A stretch of DNA of 64,000 nt from an uncultured Clostridia bacterium. Lineage in GTDB: Bacteria > Bacillota > Clostridia > TANB77 > CAG-508. Within the stretch, counting starts at the first letter, position 1, and each line of letters opens with the position of its first letter. This document shows, in pieces, positions 50,988 to 62,720 of the stretch. A program made the position numbers and the translations under genes. The notes under the pieces are model-generated. The model was not told the DNA's origin and ran no database searches. It saw only the letters and a list, made by a program, of their open reading frames with translations. The stretch lies in the NCBI GenBank assembly GCA_944388605.1, contig CALXJJ010000003.1, positions 3,091-67,090 of the forward strand, read 5' to 3'.

Positions 50988-51764
50988 TTATTCTACTGGC
51001 ATTGCTGAACCATAATTTTCTGTAATCCATGAATTATAATCAAATGGTTCTACTGTTTCAGGCACACCATAATCTACTCCAAAAGTATCTACTGTTAAAC
51101 TTTTTATTACTGGTGGATTTACTGGTTTGTCTACACCCTCTTCAGCATTTTGATCTCTTGTTACAACTTCTACATTTTCAATTTGTTCTACTATATCCAT
51201 ACCTTCTATTACTTTACCAAATGCAGCATATAATCCATCTAAAGATTCATTATCTTCTGTCATAATAAAGAATTGTGAACCTCCTGAATTATATCCTTTT
51301 GTTGTTAATGTAGAACTTAAAGAACTATAATCAGCTCTTGCCATTGATATAACCCCTTTTTCATGTTTTAATGTGTTTTGATTAAATCCATTAGCAATAA
51401 ATTCTCCTTTTATATTATATTCTTCACTTCCACCATTATCTTTAATATCATTTAATGTTGGCGAACCTGTACCATCACCATTTTTATCTCCACCTTGGAT
51501 CATAAAATCTGGTATTGTCCTATGAAACACTTTTCCATTATAAAATCCTCTATTTGCTAAGCATATAAAATTTGCAACTGTATTAGGTGCCATATCTGGA
51601 TATAATTTTATTTTTATAGTTCCAAAATTTTCCACTTCCATTGTAGCTATCGGATTTTTTACTTCTTCTGTTAATTTTTTATAATAACCGTACCCTAAAT
51701 ACCCTAATGCACCTATAATAATTATTATTCCTATTATAATTAATATATTTTTTAAAATTTTCAT
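50988..51764 (-). CDS. ppiB: peptidyl-prolyl cis-trans isomerase (cyclophilin type), membrane-anchored
   Basis: N-terminal TM then cyclophilin core FHRTIPDFMIQGGD. Confidence 0.85.
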   Translation of the reverse strand: MKILKNILIIIGIIIIIGALGYLGYGYYKKLTEEVKNPIATMEVENFGTIKIKLYPDMAPNTVANFICLANRGFYNGKVFHRTIPDFMIQGGDKNGDGTGSPTLNDIKDNGGSEEYNIKGEFIANGFNQNTLKHEKGVISMARADYSSLSSTLTTKGYNSGGSQFFIMTEDNESLDGLYAAFGKVIEGMDIVEQIENVEVVTRDQNAEEGVDKPVNPPVIKSLTVDTFGVDYGVPETVEPFDYNSWITENYGSAMPVE

Positions 51765-51782
51765 ATTTAATCACATTCCTTT

Positions 51783-52859
51783 CTATAACATTACATTATC
51801 AAACACAAATTGTTCTTGCATTCTTTTTAAAGATTGTTTTATAGTTCTTGCTCTAATTTCACCTATTCCATCCACATCATCTAAAGCTTGTATATCTGCT
51901 ACTAATATATGTTGGAACGATTTAAAAGATTTTACTAGATTTACTACTATATTACTTGGCATTCTTGGAACTTTACTTAATATTCTGTATCCTCTTGTAT
52001 ATACTCCAACATCATCATAATTGTCAAAATCTTCATATCCTAATAATTTTGCTATTACTTGTGGTTTATTTAATTCCTCTAATTCTAACTGACTTATTTC
52101 TTCTAGCACCTTTTCTGTAGTGCGTTTTTTGCCTGTTGCAATATAATCTTTTATTATAAGTAGTTCCTCTTTTTCAAGTCCTCCAACTAATTCTTCTAAT
52201 TGCATTTCTACTAATCTTCCTTCTACTCCTAATTCATATATTGCTTTTTGCACTTCATTTACAACTTTCATTACCATCTCAGCTCTTTGAATAGCACTTA
52301 CTACATTTTCTAATGTAACTATATCATTAAATTCATATTCATTTAACAAACTTAATTTTCCATCAAATACTTTTTTATATTTTTCAACAGTTTGCAATGC
52401 TTGATTTGCTCTTGTTAATACTTTTGATGTATCTTCTAAAACATATCTGTAATTACCTTTAAATATTGTAATTATATTTCTCCTTTGAGATATACTTACA
52501 ACTAGTTCTCCTGTTTGTTTTGCTGTACGTTCTGCTGTTCTATGTCTTGTTCCAGTTTCTGCAGTTGAAATATCTGATGATGGAATAAGTTGTGCATTTG
52601 CATATAATATTTTCTTAAAATCTTTACTTAATATAATAGCACCATCCATTTTTGCTAATTCATATAATCTTGCAGGTGTATACTCTACATCTAAGCTAAA
52701 TCCACCATCTACTAAATCTAATACTTCTTTTGAATCACTAAATACTAATAGTCCCCCTGTTTTTGCCTTTAATATACTTTCTAATCCATCTCTTATAGCT
52801 GTTCCTGGTGCAATTAATTTTAAAACATCTGTAATAACATCGTTTTTACTATTTCTCAC
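51783..52859 (-). CDS. disA: DNA integrity scanning protein DisA (diadenylate cyclase)
   Basis: DAC domain plus C-terminal HhH. Adjacent to radA as in Firmicutes. Confidence 0.9.
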   Translation of the reverse strand: MRNSKNDVITDVLKLIAPGTAIRDGLESILKAKTGGLLVFSDSKEVLDLVDGGFSLDVEYTPARLYELAKMDGAIILSKDFKKILYANAQLIPSSDISTAETGTRHRTAERTAKQTGELVVSISQRRNIITIFKGNYRYVLEDTSKVLTRANQALQTVEKYKKVFDGKLSLLNEYEFNDIVTLENVVSAIQRAEMVMKVVNEVQKAIYELGVEGRLVEMQLEELVGGLEKEELLIIKDYIATGKKRTTEKVLEEISQLELEELNKPQVIAKLLGYEDFDNYDDVGVYTRGYRILSKVPRMPSNIVVNLVKSFKSFQHILVADIQALDDVDGIGEIRARTIKQSLKRMQEQFVFDNVML

Positions 52860-52875
52860 AATCAGGCCTCCTTAC

Positions 52876-54228
52876 CTATAATCCCAATTTATTAATTGCT
52901 TCCCCTATATTTCTAACGCTTATTATATCTAATTTATACTTTTCTTTCAAGAGTTTTTTATTATTTTCTGGAATTATACATTTTTTAAATCCCATTTTTT
53001 CACATTCCTTCAATCTTTTATCTATCATATTAATAGTTCTTATCTCACCTGTTAACCCTATTTCTCCCATAGCTACAACATCTTTTGGTATGCTTTTATT
53101 TTTAAAACTAGAAACCAATGCTAATGCAACTCCTAAATCAACTGCTGGTTCTGTTATTTTTATTCCACTTACTACATTAACATAGGCATCTTGATTACTA
53201 ATTGACATTTTTGCATGTTTTTCAAGAACTGCTATTAATAATGTAACTTTATTATAATCAATTCCATTTGCCACTCTTCTTGGTACTCCATAAACTGCAA
53301 ATGATGTTAATGCTTGTATTTCTATAAGTAATGGCCTAGTACCTTCCATACTAGCAACTATTATTGAGCCTGCTGGATTATCTTCTCTTTCTGAAATTAA
53401 AATAGAGGATGGGTTTGTAATTTCCACCATTCCTTCGTTTTGCATTTCAAACATACCTATCTCGTTTGTTGAACCAAAACGATTTTTCACACTTCGTATT
53501 ACTCTATATGAAAAATATCTTTCTCCTTCTATGTATAAAACTGCATCTACCATATGTTCTAAAACTCTTGGTCCTGCTATATTTCCATCTTTAGTAACAT
53601 GTCCTATTATTATTGTGGTAATAGCATTTGCTTTACATATTCTCATTATCCTTGCTGTTATTTCTCTTACTTGGCTTACAGTACCAGCTACTGATGTAAT
53701 TTCACTACTATACATTGTCTGTATTGAATCTATAATAACAAGCTTAGGATTCATATTTAGAATATTTTCTTCTATTATATCAATATCTGTTTCTGCTAAA
53801 AACATTATATTTTCATTTTTTATTTTCATCCTATCTGCTCTTATTTTTACTTGTTCTGCAGATTCTTCTCCAGAAACATATAATACTTTTCCATTTCCTT
53901 CAATTTTATCACATACTTCTAATATTAAAGTTGATTTCCCTATGCCAGGTTCTCCACCGATTAAAATAAGTGAGCCTTTTACTATCCCACCTCCCAAAAC
54001 TCTATCTAATTCTCCTATTTTTGTGCTTGTTCTTGCAATTTCCTTTCCCTCAATATTATTAAGTAAAGTTGGAACAGATTTAACTTTACTACTTGCTGTT
54101 TTTGTTGTATTTACTACTTTTTCTTCGTAAAAACTATTCCATTCATTACATGCAGGACATTTTCCTAACCATTTTGCAGATTCGTACCCACACTGATTAC
54201 AAACAAACACAGTCTTTGTTTTTGCCAT
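52876..54228 (-). CDS. radA: DNA repair protein RadA/Sms
   Basis: Zn-ribbon CNQCGYESAKWLGKCPACNEWN, Walker A GEPGIGKST, Lon-like C-domain. Confidence 0.95.
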   Translation of the reverse strand: MAKTKTVFVCNQCGYESAKWLGKCPACNEWNSFYEEKVVNTTKTASSKVKSVPTLLNNIEGKEIARTSTKIGELDRVLGGGIVKGSLILIGGEPGIGKSTLILEVCDKIEGNGKVLYVSGEESAEQVKIRADRMKIKNENIMFLAETDIDIIEENILNMNPKLVIIDSIQTMYSSEITSVAGTVSQVREITARIMRICKANAITTIIIGHVTKDGNIAGPRVLEHMVDAVLYIEGERYFSYRVIRSVKNRFGSTNEIGMFEMQNEGMVEITNPSSILISEREDNPAGSIIVASMEGTRPLLIEIQALTSFAVYGVPRRVANGIDYNKVTLLIAVLEKHAKMSISNQDAYVNVVSGIKITEPAVDLGVALALVSSFKNKSIPKDVVAMGEIGLTGEIRTINMIDKRLKECEKMGFKKCIIPENNKKLLKEKYKLDIISVRNIGEAINKLGL

Positions 54229-54865
54229 TTTTAATAATTAGCCTCCTTTTTTTGTATAATTGTTCAAAATATTCTCCACTTTTATTATCATTTTATCTAA
54301 ATATATAATGTTCATCTTTTTAAGCATTAAAATTATAATTGTTTAATTTTGATAACATTATAACACAGTTTTTTAAACAATTCTAGTTTATCTGTAGCTT
54401 TTCTCTACTTTTTAATATTTGCAATATTAAATTAATATATGGTAAGAAAAGTATAAAATTATAATACAAAAAAATACCCCACGTTTAAGCCGTAAGATGA
54501 ATGAAATTTTAAGGACCTGCTTGCACAGGTGGGTGTCTTGTTGAATGCTTATGGGCTTCTTACTACTAAATAGTGTAAGCTTGCACGCCACATTCAAAGT
54601 CGGACTCCCTTTTAATATTTGTTGGTTCTAAAATTCCAGTCTACACGCACTTCGTAGGGAAATTAATAACTTATTTAATTGTTGTTTATATATTAACATA
54701 TATAAAATATATTTTCAAGTCTTATTTTATCCATTTTATTTAATTATATTCGTTTTGTTCTATTTTTCTTATCCTTTTACTACTTTATTTAATTTTTTCA
54801 TTGTTTGATTTTTTATTAATTTTATGCTATAATATTTTTAATTATTGAGTATAAGGAGATTACTT

Positions 54866-55705
54866 ATGAAAAAAACAAATGATAACAATAATAACAAAAA
54901 AATTTATTTTAAAGAAATTGTAAAATCTATTTTTTTGTTGTTATTTTTTTTCGCTCTATGCTATATTATTTTTTCTGTAATAAACACACATATTTTAGCT
55001 AAAGATTTTGCTTATGATATGACTAATAAATATAATTTTTATTCTGAAAATATTTTTAGTATTGATAAAATATATTTTTTCAGTAGTGCAACTGCTGATA
55101 ATAATGAACAAAATAAAGCTTTATGGGATTTAAATATTCACCAATTTACAGATATAGCATTATATATTAATAATAACAATTCTCAGAATAATTTCACATC
55201 TGAAAATACAATCAACTCATTATCAATAGAAAACATTAATTTTAATAATATATCAATTGGAGAGCCAAATTTGTATTTTAAAAGTATAACTAATTTTGGC
55301 AAATATATTAAAGATGATAATAATTTAATAAACAATAATTTATCTTTTGAAATACTAGATAATACAAATGAAATAAATTATGAACTTCCTCAAATTCACA
55401 ATACATGTGATGAACCAATTACCTTATCATATATCAATTCAAGTATAGTAAAAAATAAAATCATTACAGATATTTCTGAACCTTTAACTTTCAATGGTAG
55501 CTTATTGAAAAAATCTGGAATTACTATTTCAAGTATATCTGGGGTTGTATCTTTTGATATTCGTATTAAAACAAATTCTAACAAAACATTTGTTGCTAAT
55601 GTATATTTTAGTGTTCCTCTTGGACAAAATGATTCTAATAATGTTTATTCAGGTCAGTATATATATGAAACTAATCCTAATATTCGTTTTATAAGACAAG
55701 AATAA
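54866..55705 (+). CDS. hypothetical Asn-rich membrane-anchored/secreted protein
   Basis: MKKTNDNNNNKK then TM (IFLLLFFFALCYIIF). No recognisable domain. Start trimmed to ATG after AAGGAG. Confidence 0.45.
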   Translation: MKKTNDNNNNKKIYFKEIVKSIFLLLFFFALCYIIFSVINTHILAKDFAYDMTNKYNFYSENIFSIDKIYFFSSATADNNEQNKALWDLNIHQFTDIALYINNNNSQNNFTSENTINSLSIENINFNNISIGEPNLYFKSITNFGKYIKDDNNLINNNLSFEILDNTNEINYELPQIHNTCDEPITLSYINSSIVKNKIITDISEPLTFNGSLLKKSGITISSISGVVSFDIRIKTNSNKTFVANVYFSVPLGQNDSNNVYSGQYIYETNPNIRFIRQE

Positions 55706-55732
55706 AGACAGATAATAAATAATTTTCTGTCT

Positions 55733-56629
55733 TTATTCTTTTAAAATTATATCCCTTTTTATAAATCCATTTTCCATTATTCCTGTTCCTATAAAAATTT
55801 TTCTACTATATATTTTATATACTCCATCTACACTCTTTTCTGCTAAAATTCCTTTTTCTTTATAGTTTAACTTTACACCATTTAATAAAAGTTTTATCTT
55901 ATTTTCATTCATATACACTGAATATTTATCATTAAAAAACTCTTCTATACTTATAATGTGATTTTCTATTTCACTTAAATTTTCTATTGCTTGTTCTATA
56001 CTAAATTTTCCAACTGTTAATCTTCGCAATTCTTTCATATAGCCAATAGTTCCTAGTTTTACTGCTATATCTTCACATAATGACCTAATATATGTACCTT
56101 TTGAGCAATGAACTTTAAATACTATTATTTCATTGTATTCATCTATTTGTTTTAATTCTATACTATATATTTCAATATTTCTCTTTTTATCAGCAATATT
56201 TATTTTTTGATTTTTTCTTGCATACTCATATAATTTCTTACCATTTATTTTTAATGCAGAGTAAATTGGTGGTATTTGTTCTTGTACACCTATAAAACTA
56301 TTTAAAATACTAATTACATTTTTTTGTTTAAATATTTCTTTACTAACCGTTTTTTCTTCTAAAATCCTACCTTCACTATCCATAGTATCTGTTTTTATTC
56401 CTAGCTGTAATGTAGCAATATATGTTTTATCATGCTCTATTAAATATTTACTCAATTTAGTACCTTTATTTATTAATAATGGTAATAATCCTGTTGCATT
56501 CGGATCTAAAGTTCCTGTATGTCCTACTGTTTTTGTATTTAAAATTTTTTTTACTTTTCTTACAATATCATAAGAAGTAACTCCTTTAGGTTTATCAACT
56601 AATAAAATTCCATCCATACTTAATAGCAT
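55733..56629 (-). CDS. truB: tRNA pseudouridine(55) synthase TruB
   Basis: GILLVDKPKGVTSYDIV...GHTGTLDP catalytic Asp motif. Confidence 0.9.
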   Translation of the reverse strand: MLLSMDGILLVDKPKGVTSYDIVRKVKKILNTKTVGHTGTLDPNATGLLPLLINKGTKLSKYLIEHDKTYIATLQLGIKTDTMDSEGRILEEKTVSKEIFKQKNVISILNSFIGVQEQIPPIYSALKINGKKLYEYARKNQKINIADKKRNIEIYSIELKQIDEYNEIIVFKVHCSKGTYIRSLCEDIAVKLGTIGYMKELRRLTVGKFSIEQAIENLSEIENHIISIEEFFNDKYSVYMNENKIKLLLNGVKLNYKEKGILAEKSVDGVYKIYSRKIFIGTGIMENGFIKRDIILKE

Positions 56630-56632
56630 TCC

Positions 56633-57589
56633 TTATTTTAATTGTAATTTAATTTGGGTTACTAATTTTTCTTTTATTTGATTAATATCTCCCTGCATCA
56701 TACATCCTGCTGCTTTTGTGTGACCTCCACCACCATATATTAGACACACATCAGATACATTAACATAATCATTTGATCTTAAAGATGCTTTTATTCCTTT
56801 ATCAGTATCTCTTAGGAAAATAGAAACTTCTACTCCTTCAACACTTCTACCTATTTCAACAATACCTTCATGATCTCCACTTTTTGCTTCATATTTTTCT
56901 TCATCCTCTTTTGTTATATATGTAAAGGCAATTTTTCCATCACATAAAAATTCTATTCTATCTATAGCTATTCTTGTCAATTCAAAATTTGCTCTCGTTT
57001 TTGTATTCATAGCTTTTTTATATATGTCTGATACTAATACCCCTTTATTCAATAACCATGCAACAAATTCAAATGTCTCTGCTGTAACACTAGAATATTG
57101 GAATCCACCAGTATCTGTAATTATGCCAGTTAATATACAAGTTCCTATATCCTTTGTTACTTCCATTCTCCAACTTTCTAATAAAACTAATATTACTTGT
57201 GTGCAAGATGGAGCATTTGGAATTACATAATTATAATCTCCAAACATTGTATTTGTACTATGATGATCAATAACAACTTTAGATTTTGCATTTTCAAAAT
57301 ATTTTCCAAAACCATTAAGCATTTTTATTGTTGCTGAATCAACTGAAATAGCTAAATCATATTGTTTAATATCAGATTCTACTTTTATATTATTTATTTC
57401 TGGTAAAAATTCAAATGTTTTTGAATATTCTGGTATTATTATATCGGGATTTTTTCCATAATTTTTTAGTGCTATATACATAGCAATAGCACTACCCATT
57501 GCATCTCCATCTGGGTTTTCATGAGTCAGTATAATGATAGAATTAGCCTTATCTATCTCTTCTAATATTTTATCCATTGTCATATACAT
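56633..57589 (-). CDS. nrnA: DHH/DHHA1 phosphoesterase NrnA (nanoRNase/pAp phosphatase)
   Basis: HENPDGDAMGS and DHH (DHHS) motifs, GGGH in DHHA1. Confidence 0.85.
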   Translation of the reverse strand: MYMTMDKILEEIDKANSIIILTHENPDGDAMGSAIAMYIALKNYGKNPDIIIPEYSKTFEFLPEINNIKVESDIKQYDLAISVDSATIKMLNGFGKYFENAKSKVVIDHHSTNTMFGDYNYVIPNAPSCTQVILVLLESWRMEVTKDIGTCILTGIITDTGGFQYSSVTAETFEFVAWLLNKGVLVSDIYKKAMNTKTRANFELTRIAIDRIEFLCDGKIAFTYITKEDEEKYEAKSGDHEGIVEIGRSVEGVEVSIFLRDTDKGIKASLRSNDYVNVSDVCLIYGGGGHTKAAGCMMQGDINQIKEKLVTQIKLQLK

Positions 57590-57594
57590 TCCCC

Positions 57595-57960
57595 CTATTC
57601 TTCACTTTTTTTCAAGTCTTCTATAACTTTTTCTATTCTTGCTCCATATTCCATAGAATCATCTTTTTCAAATATTAGTTCTGGTGTGATTCTTAAATTT
57701 ATTCTTTTTGCTATTAAAGTTCTTACAAAACCTGCAGATCTCTTCAAAGTATCTATAGTATCTTTTTCACTCTTTGAATTCAAAATACTAACATATACTT
57801 TTGCATATTTTAAATCTGGAGTAATTTTTACTTTAGTTACACTTATTAATCCTGTTAGATTAGGATCTTTTATTTCATAACTAATTATTTGACTTAATTC
57901 TTTTCTAAGCTCTTCATCAATACGTCCTAGCCTAGCTTGGTTTTTCCCCATATTAATCAC
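57595..57960 (-). CDS. rbfA: ribosome-binding factor A
   Basis: RbfA KH-like pattern (RIDEELRKELSQII...VTKVKITPDLKYAKVYV). Confidence 0.9.
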   Translation of the reverse strand: MINMGKNQARLGRIDEELRKELSQIISYEIKDPNLTGLISVTKVKITPDLKYAKVYVSILNSKSEKDTIDTLKRSAGFVRTLIAKRINLRITPELIFEKDDSMEYGARIEKVIEDLKKSEE

Positions 57961-58080
57961 ATTTCCTTCCTTTTTAATTTTTTGTTAATTGTGTTCAATG
58001 TTAGAGCATAGTGAATTTTAATATTAGAAACAAAATTGCGGATATTAACTATATATTTTATCCGCATTTTGTTAATTAAT

Positions 58081-60996
58081 TTATTTTTTTACTTCTTCCA
58101 TAACAAATACTTCTATGATGTCTCCTTCTTTTATATCATTATAATTTTCTATTTGCATACCACATTCAAAACCTTTGGTTACTTCTTTTACATCATCTTT
58201 AAATCTTTTTAATGACGCCAATTTTCCTTCATGAATAACTACATCATCTCTTATTACTCTTACTTCTGCATTTCTTTCTACTTTTCCAGAAAGTACATAA
58301 CCACCTGCTATTGTTCCTACATTTGAAACTTTAAATACTTGTCTAATTTCAACATTTCCAATAACTTTTTCTTCAAACACAGGATCTAAAAGTCCTTTCA
58401 TTGCAAGTTTTATGTCTTCTAATGCTTGATATATAACTGAATATTGTTTAATTTCAACATTTTCTTTTTCGGCAACTTCTTTAGCTATTGAAACAGGTCT
58501 TACATTAAATGCTAATATTATTGCATTTGCAACATTTGCCAAATTTACATCAGACTCATTTACTGCCCCTACAGCTGCATGTATTACTTTTACTCTTACT
58601 GATTCATCTGATAATTTTTCAATAGATTGTTTTAAAGCTTCTGCTGTTCCTTGTACATCTGCTTTAACTATAATATTTAATTGTTTAATATTTCCTTGTT
58701 CCATTTGACTAAATAGATTATCTAATGTAACTTTATTTATATTATTTATTGATTTCTCTCTTTGAGTTCTTTTTCTTCTTTCTATTAGATGTTTTGCCAT
58801 TTTTTCATTCTTTACTTCATAGAATGTATCTCCTGCTTCTGGCACTTCTGTTAATCCCATAATTTCAACTGGAGTCGATGGACCTGCACTTTTTACTTTT
58901 TGACCCTTATCATTTTTCATAGCTCTTATTCTACCAATTGCAGACCCTACTACTATTGTATCTCCTACATCTAATTTTCCTCTTTGAACTAACATTGATG
59001 CAATTGGTCCTCTTGATTTGTCAAGTCTTGCTTCTATTACAACACCTTTTGCTTGCTTATTTGGATTTACTTTTAAATCTTGCATATCTGCTACTAATAG
59101 TACCATTTCTAATAAATTTTCTATATTAATATGTTTTTTAGCAGAAATTGGAACAAATATAGTATCTCCTCCCCATTCTTCTGGAACTAAATCATATTTC
59201 ATTAATTCTTGTTTTATTTTTTCTACATCTGCTCCTGGGAGATCTATTTTATTCACTGCTACTATTATTGGTATTTCTGCTGCTTTTGCATGATTTATAG
59301 CTTCTACTGTTTGTGGCATAACACCATCATCTGCTGCTACAACTAAAATAGCAATATCTGTTATTTGTGCTCCTCTTGCTCTCATTGATGTAAATGCTTC
59401 ATGTCCAGGAGTATCTAAAAATGTTATTTCTCTTCCATTTACATTTACTTTATATGCACCAATATGTTGTGTAATACCTCCTGCTTCTCCTTCTATTACA
59501 TTTGTACTTCTTACTGCATCAAGAAGTGAAGTCTTACCATGGTCAACATGCCCCATTACTACTACTACTGGTGGTCTAGCAACTAATTCTTCCTCTTTAT
59601 CTTCAGATTCATCAAACAATATATCTTCTTCTTTTACAACCTCTTTTTTGTGTGCTGTAACTCCAAATTCCTCTGCTACTAAAAATGCTGTATCAAAATC
59701 TATTTCATTATTTATAGTAGCCATTACTCCATATCCTAATAATTTTTTTATTACTTCACTGCTAGTCTTTTTCAATTCTGTTGCTAAATCTTTTACTGTT
59801 ATAGTTTCTGGTATGGTTATTTCAGTTAATTTAAATATTTTTTGTTTGTTTCTTTCTTCATTATTTTTTTGCTTTTTCTTAGAACGTCTTCCTCTTTCTG
59901 TTGTCAAATCATAATAATCTAACATTCCACCTTCTTGATCATCAAACATATGTGACAATTTATCTACTTGTTTCAAATTTTTTAGTTTTCCTTCATCTAC
60001 TTCATCAAATCTTCCGTTTTTTCTGCCTCTATTAGTTTTCTTTGCCTTTTCTTCATACATCCTATTATTTTTTTCTTTATCTATAGCTCTTGTACTAAAA
60101 TCTCTTTGATTTTCTCTTTCTGGCATATCTGCAGACATTATATTCTTTATATTTTTGTCTATTCCTTTTTCATCTAATGGTCTATTTTTACTATATCCAT
60201 TTTTATTATTTCCATAGTTATTATTTCTATTAAAATTGCGTTGTCCATTTTGATTATTATCTTGTCTATTTCTATTATACCCTTGATTTTGATTATTTTT
60301 ATGGAAATTATTTTTTTGCCCATTTTGTTGATTATTTTGGTAATTATTATAACGGCTCTTATTTTGATTACTTTGATTTTTGTTAAACCTATTATTATTA
60401 TTATATCCATTATTTTGATTATTATTTCTGTTATTAACTAGTTTATTTTCTTTTTTCTCAACTTCTTGCTTTTCCACTTCTTTTTTATTTTCTTCTATAC
60501 TATTCTTTATTTCATCTTCTGCTTTTACTTCTTTTAGTTCATTTTTATTAATTTTCACTTTATCCTCTTTCTCATCTTTTTTATTTATTCCAAATAGTTC
60601 GTCAACTGTTAGTGGTTTTGCTGTCCTATTTCTATAAACTATATTGAAATCTTTATTTTTACTTCTCTCTACAAAACCTACATTTTCTCTTCTTTTGTTT
60701 TCTTGTTGTTTCTTTTCTTCTTGTTTATTCTCATCAGCAATAATTACTTCTCTACGAATTATAACTGGCGCTTCTTTTTTTATTTCTTTTTTCTTCTTAG
60801 GTTCTTCTTCTTTTACTTTTCCAATATTTTTATATAATTTTCTTATTTGGTTTGCTTGCTCTTCTTCTACACCACTTAAATGGCTTTTTACCTCAAAACC
60901 TAATTCTTGTGCTTTTTCTAATATTTCTTTACTGGTTAAGCCTAATTCTTTCGCTATTTCATGTATTTTAATCTTACCCAATAACTTCACCCCCAC
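58081..60996 (-). CDS. infB: translation initiation factor IF-2 with Asn/Gln-rich low-complexity linker
   Basis: G-domain [21 protein letters not shown]. 971 aa. Start uncertain (GTG 60996 per track, or TTG 60981 after GGGGGTGA RBS). Confidence 0.95.
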   Translation of the reverse strand: MGVKLLGKIKIHEIAKELGLTSKEILEKAQELGFEVKSHLSGVEEEQANQIRKLYKNIGKVKEEEPKKKKEIKKEAPVIIRREVIIADENKQEEKKQQENKRRENVGFVERSKNKDFNIVYRNRTAKPLTVDELFGINKKDEKEDKVKINKNELKEVKAEDEIKNSIEENKKEVEKQEVEKKENKLVNNRNNNQNNGYNNNNRFNKNQSNQNKSRYNNYQNNQQNGQKNNFHKNNQNQGYNRNRQDNNQNGQRNFNRNNNYGNNKNGYSKNRPLDEKGIDKNIKNIMSADMPERENQRDFSTRAIDKEKNNRMYEEKAKKTNRGRKNGRFDEVDEGKLKNLKQVDKLSHMFDDQEGGMLDYYDLTTERGRRSKKKQKNNEERNKQKIFKLTEITIPETITVKDLATELKKTSSEVIKKLLGYGVMATINNEIDFDTAFLVAEEFGVTAHKKEVVKEEDILFDESEDKEEELVARPPVVVVMGHVDHGKTSLLDAVRSTNVIEGEAGGITQHIGAYKVNVNGREITFLDTPGHEAFTSMRARGAQITDIAILVVAADDGVMPQTVEAINHAKAAEIPIIVAVNKIDLPGADVEKIKQELMKYDLVPEEWGGDTIFVPISAKKHINIENLLEMVLLVADMQDLKVNPNKQAKGVVIEARLDKSRGPIASMLVQRGKLDVGDTIVVGSAIGRIRAMKNDKGQKVKSAGPSTPVEIMGLTEVPEAGDTFYEVKNEKMAKHLIERRKRTQREKSINNINKVTLDNLFSQMEQGNIKQLNIIVKADVQGTAEALKQSIEKLSDESVRVKVIHAAVGAVNESDVNLANVANAIILAFNVRPVSIAKEVAEKENVEIKQYSVIYQALEDIKLAMKGLLDPVFEEKVIGNVEIRQVFKVSNVGTIAGGYVLSGKVERNAEVRVIRDDVVIHEGKLASLKRFKDDVKEVTKGFECGMQIENYNDIKEGDIIEVFVMEEVKK
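60171..60430 (-). repeat. AAT/AAC/CAA-rich low-complexity coding tract (poly-Asn/Gln linker of IF-2)
   Basis: Encodes [81 protein letters not shown]. Generates spurious ORFs on both strands. Confidence 0.8.
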
Positions 60997-61291
60997 TAAT
61001 TAATTCTTGTATTTTTCTTGAAAAATTAACATCTGTAATTCCCACCATTTTCTTATTTTTCTTTCCTATTGATAAACTTATTTCTTCCATATTAGAATAC
61101 TCAATATATTGAACATTATTTATATTACATAAAAACTTGATATTTGACTTAGTCTTTTCTGATGCATCTTTAGCTATTATTAAAAGATATATTTTCTTTT
61201 TACTTATATATTGTTTGCATGCTTCATATCCAAATACAATCTTACCTGCTTTTGTAGCTAATCCCATCATTCCTAATACTTTATTTGTCAA
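60974..61291 (-). CDS. ylxQ: L7Ae-family RNA-binding protein YlxQ
   Basis: [19 protein letters not shown]7Ae motif. nusA-ylxR-ylxQ-infB operon position. Confidence 0.8.
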   Translation of the reverse strand: MTNKVLGMMGLATKAGKIVFGYEACKQYISKKKIYLLIIAKDASEKTKSNIKFLCNINNVQYIEYSNMEEISLSIGKKNKKMVGITDVNFSRKIQELISGGEVIG

Positions 61292-61550
61292 TTATTACAC
61301 CTCTCAAATTTTCATATATTTCTTCACTTATTTTAGTTTCAAAAGTTCGTTCCAATCTTTTTGTTTTAATTGCTTTTTCTAAACATTCTACATTATCGCA
61401 AATATATGCTCCTCTTCCATTAGCTTTACCTGTTCTATCTATAAAAATTTGGCTTTCTTTATTTTTTACAATCCTTATTAAATCTTTTTTATCTTTTTTT
61501 TCATTGCACCCTATACATGTTCTTTGAGGTATTTTTCTCAAGCTTTTCAC
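61281..61550 (-). CDS. ylxR: YlxR/RnpM (DUF448) RNA-binding protein
   Basis: PQRTCIGCNEKKDKKDLIRIV...GRGAYIC motif. Confidence 0.85.
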   Translation of the reverse strand: MKSLRKIPQRTCIGCNEKKDKKDLIRIVKNKESQIFIDRTGKANGRGAYICDNVECLEKAIKTKRLERTFETKISEEIYENLRGVIIDK

Positions 61551-61562
61551 TCCCCTTAATTA

Positions 61563-62720
61563 TTATTCTTCTTCAAGTTTGTCTTCAGAATTATTTTTTC
61601 TTTCTTCTAATAATTTTCTAAATTGAGTTTCACTTTTAATATCAATTTTCCAATTAGTTAATTTTGCAGCTAGTCTTGCATTTTGTCCTGATTTACCAAT
61701 TGCTAAAGATAATTGGTCATCTGGAACTATTACTTGTGCAAATTTTTCATTTTCTTTAATATCTACTGCTAGAACCTTTGCTGGAAGTAATGCTTCTGAT
61801 ATATATATACTAGGATCACTATTCCACTCTATTACATCTATTTTTTCTCCTGATAATTCATTTATAATATTTTGTATTCTTATTCCTTTTTGCCCAACAC
61901 ATGAACCTACAGGATCTATATTTTCATCTGGTGAATAAACTGCTACTTTACTTCTATATCCTGGATCTCTTGCTATACTCTTTATTTCAATTACACCTTC
62001 ATAAATTTCTGGTATTTCCAATTCAAATAATTTCCTTACAAAATCATTTGCAGTTCTTGATACCATAACTTGTGGTGAACCTTTAAGTCCTTTTTCTACA
62101 TCTAATACATATGCTCTTATTTTATCATTTACATGATATTTTTCTGTTGGCATTTGTTCTTTCTGAGGCATTATTCCTTCTAGTCTCCCTAAATCTATTA
62201 CCACTATATTACCATCTGCTTTTTGTACAATACCAGAAACTATTTCACCTTTTCTTTCATTAAATTCATTATATAGAAAATTTCTTGAAGCTTCTCTTAT
62301 TTTTTGTATAATAACTTGTTTAGCTGTTCCTGCAGCAATTCTTCCAAAATCCCTTGGTATTATTTCTATTTGAACAATATCTCCAACTTCATATTTTTTA
62401 TCTATTTCTTTTGCTTCTTTTAAAGAAATTTGTACTTTTTCATCTGTCAATTCATCTACAACTTCTTTTTCAGCATAAACATGTATCTCACCTGTTCCTC
62501 TATCCATTACAACTTTTACATTATCTGCTGTAGAATCAAAATTTCTTTTATATGCTGTAATCAGTGCTGTTTCTATGGTTTGTAACATTTCTTCTTTATC
62601 AACACCGTTTTCTTTTTCTAAATCATCAATTGCTTCAATTAATTCTTTATAATTTATTAACTTGCTAGTCACCTTATTTTCCTTTTTTTTCATTTTTTCA
62701 TCATTCCCTTCTTTTACCAA
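61563..62720 (-). CDS. nusA: transcription termination/antitermination factor NusA
   Basis: S1 plus two KH domains. True start probably the internal Met (MKKKENK, about 62693). Confidence 0.95.
   Translation of the reverse strand: MVKEGNDEKMKKKENKVTSKLINYKELIEAIDDLEKENGVDKEEMLQTIETALITAYKRNFDSTADNVKVVMDRGTGEIHVYAEKEVVDELTDEKVQISLKEAKEIDKKYEVGDIVQIEIIPRDFGRIAAGTAKQVIIQKIREASRNFLYNEFNERKGEIVSGIVQKADGNIVVIDLGRLEGIMPQKEQMPTEKYHVNDKIRAYVLDVEKGLKGSPQVMVSRTANDFVRKLFELEIPEIYEGVIEIKSIARDPGYRSKVAVYSPDENIDPVGSCVGQKGIRIQNIINELSGEKIDVIEWNSDPSIYISEALLPAKVLAVDIKENEKFAQVIVPDDQLSLAIGKSGQNARLAAKLTNWKIDIKSETQFRKLLEERKNNSEDKLEEE

Noticed and set aside
60174-60441. Ile/Lys-rich ORFs on both strands inside infB
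   Set aside because: Artefacts of the AAT/ATT repeat encoding the IF-2 Asn-rich linker.
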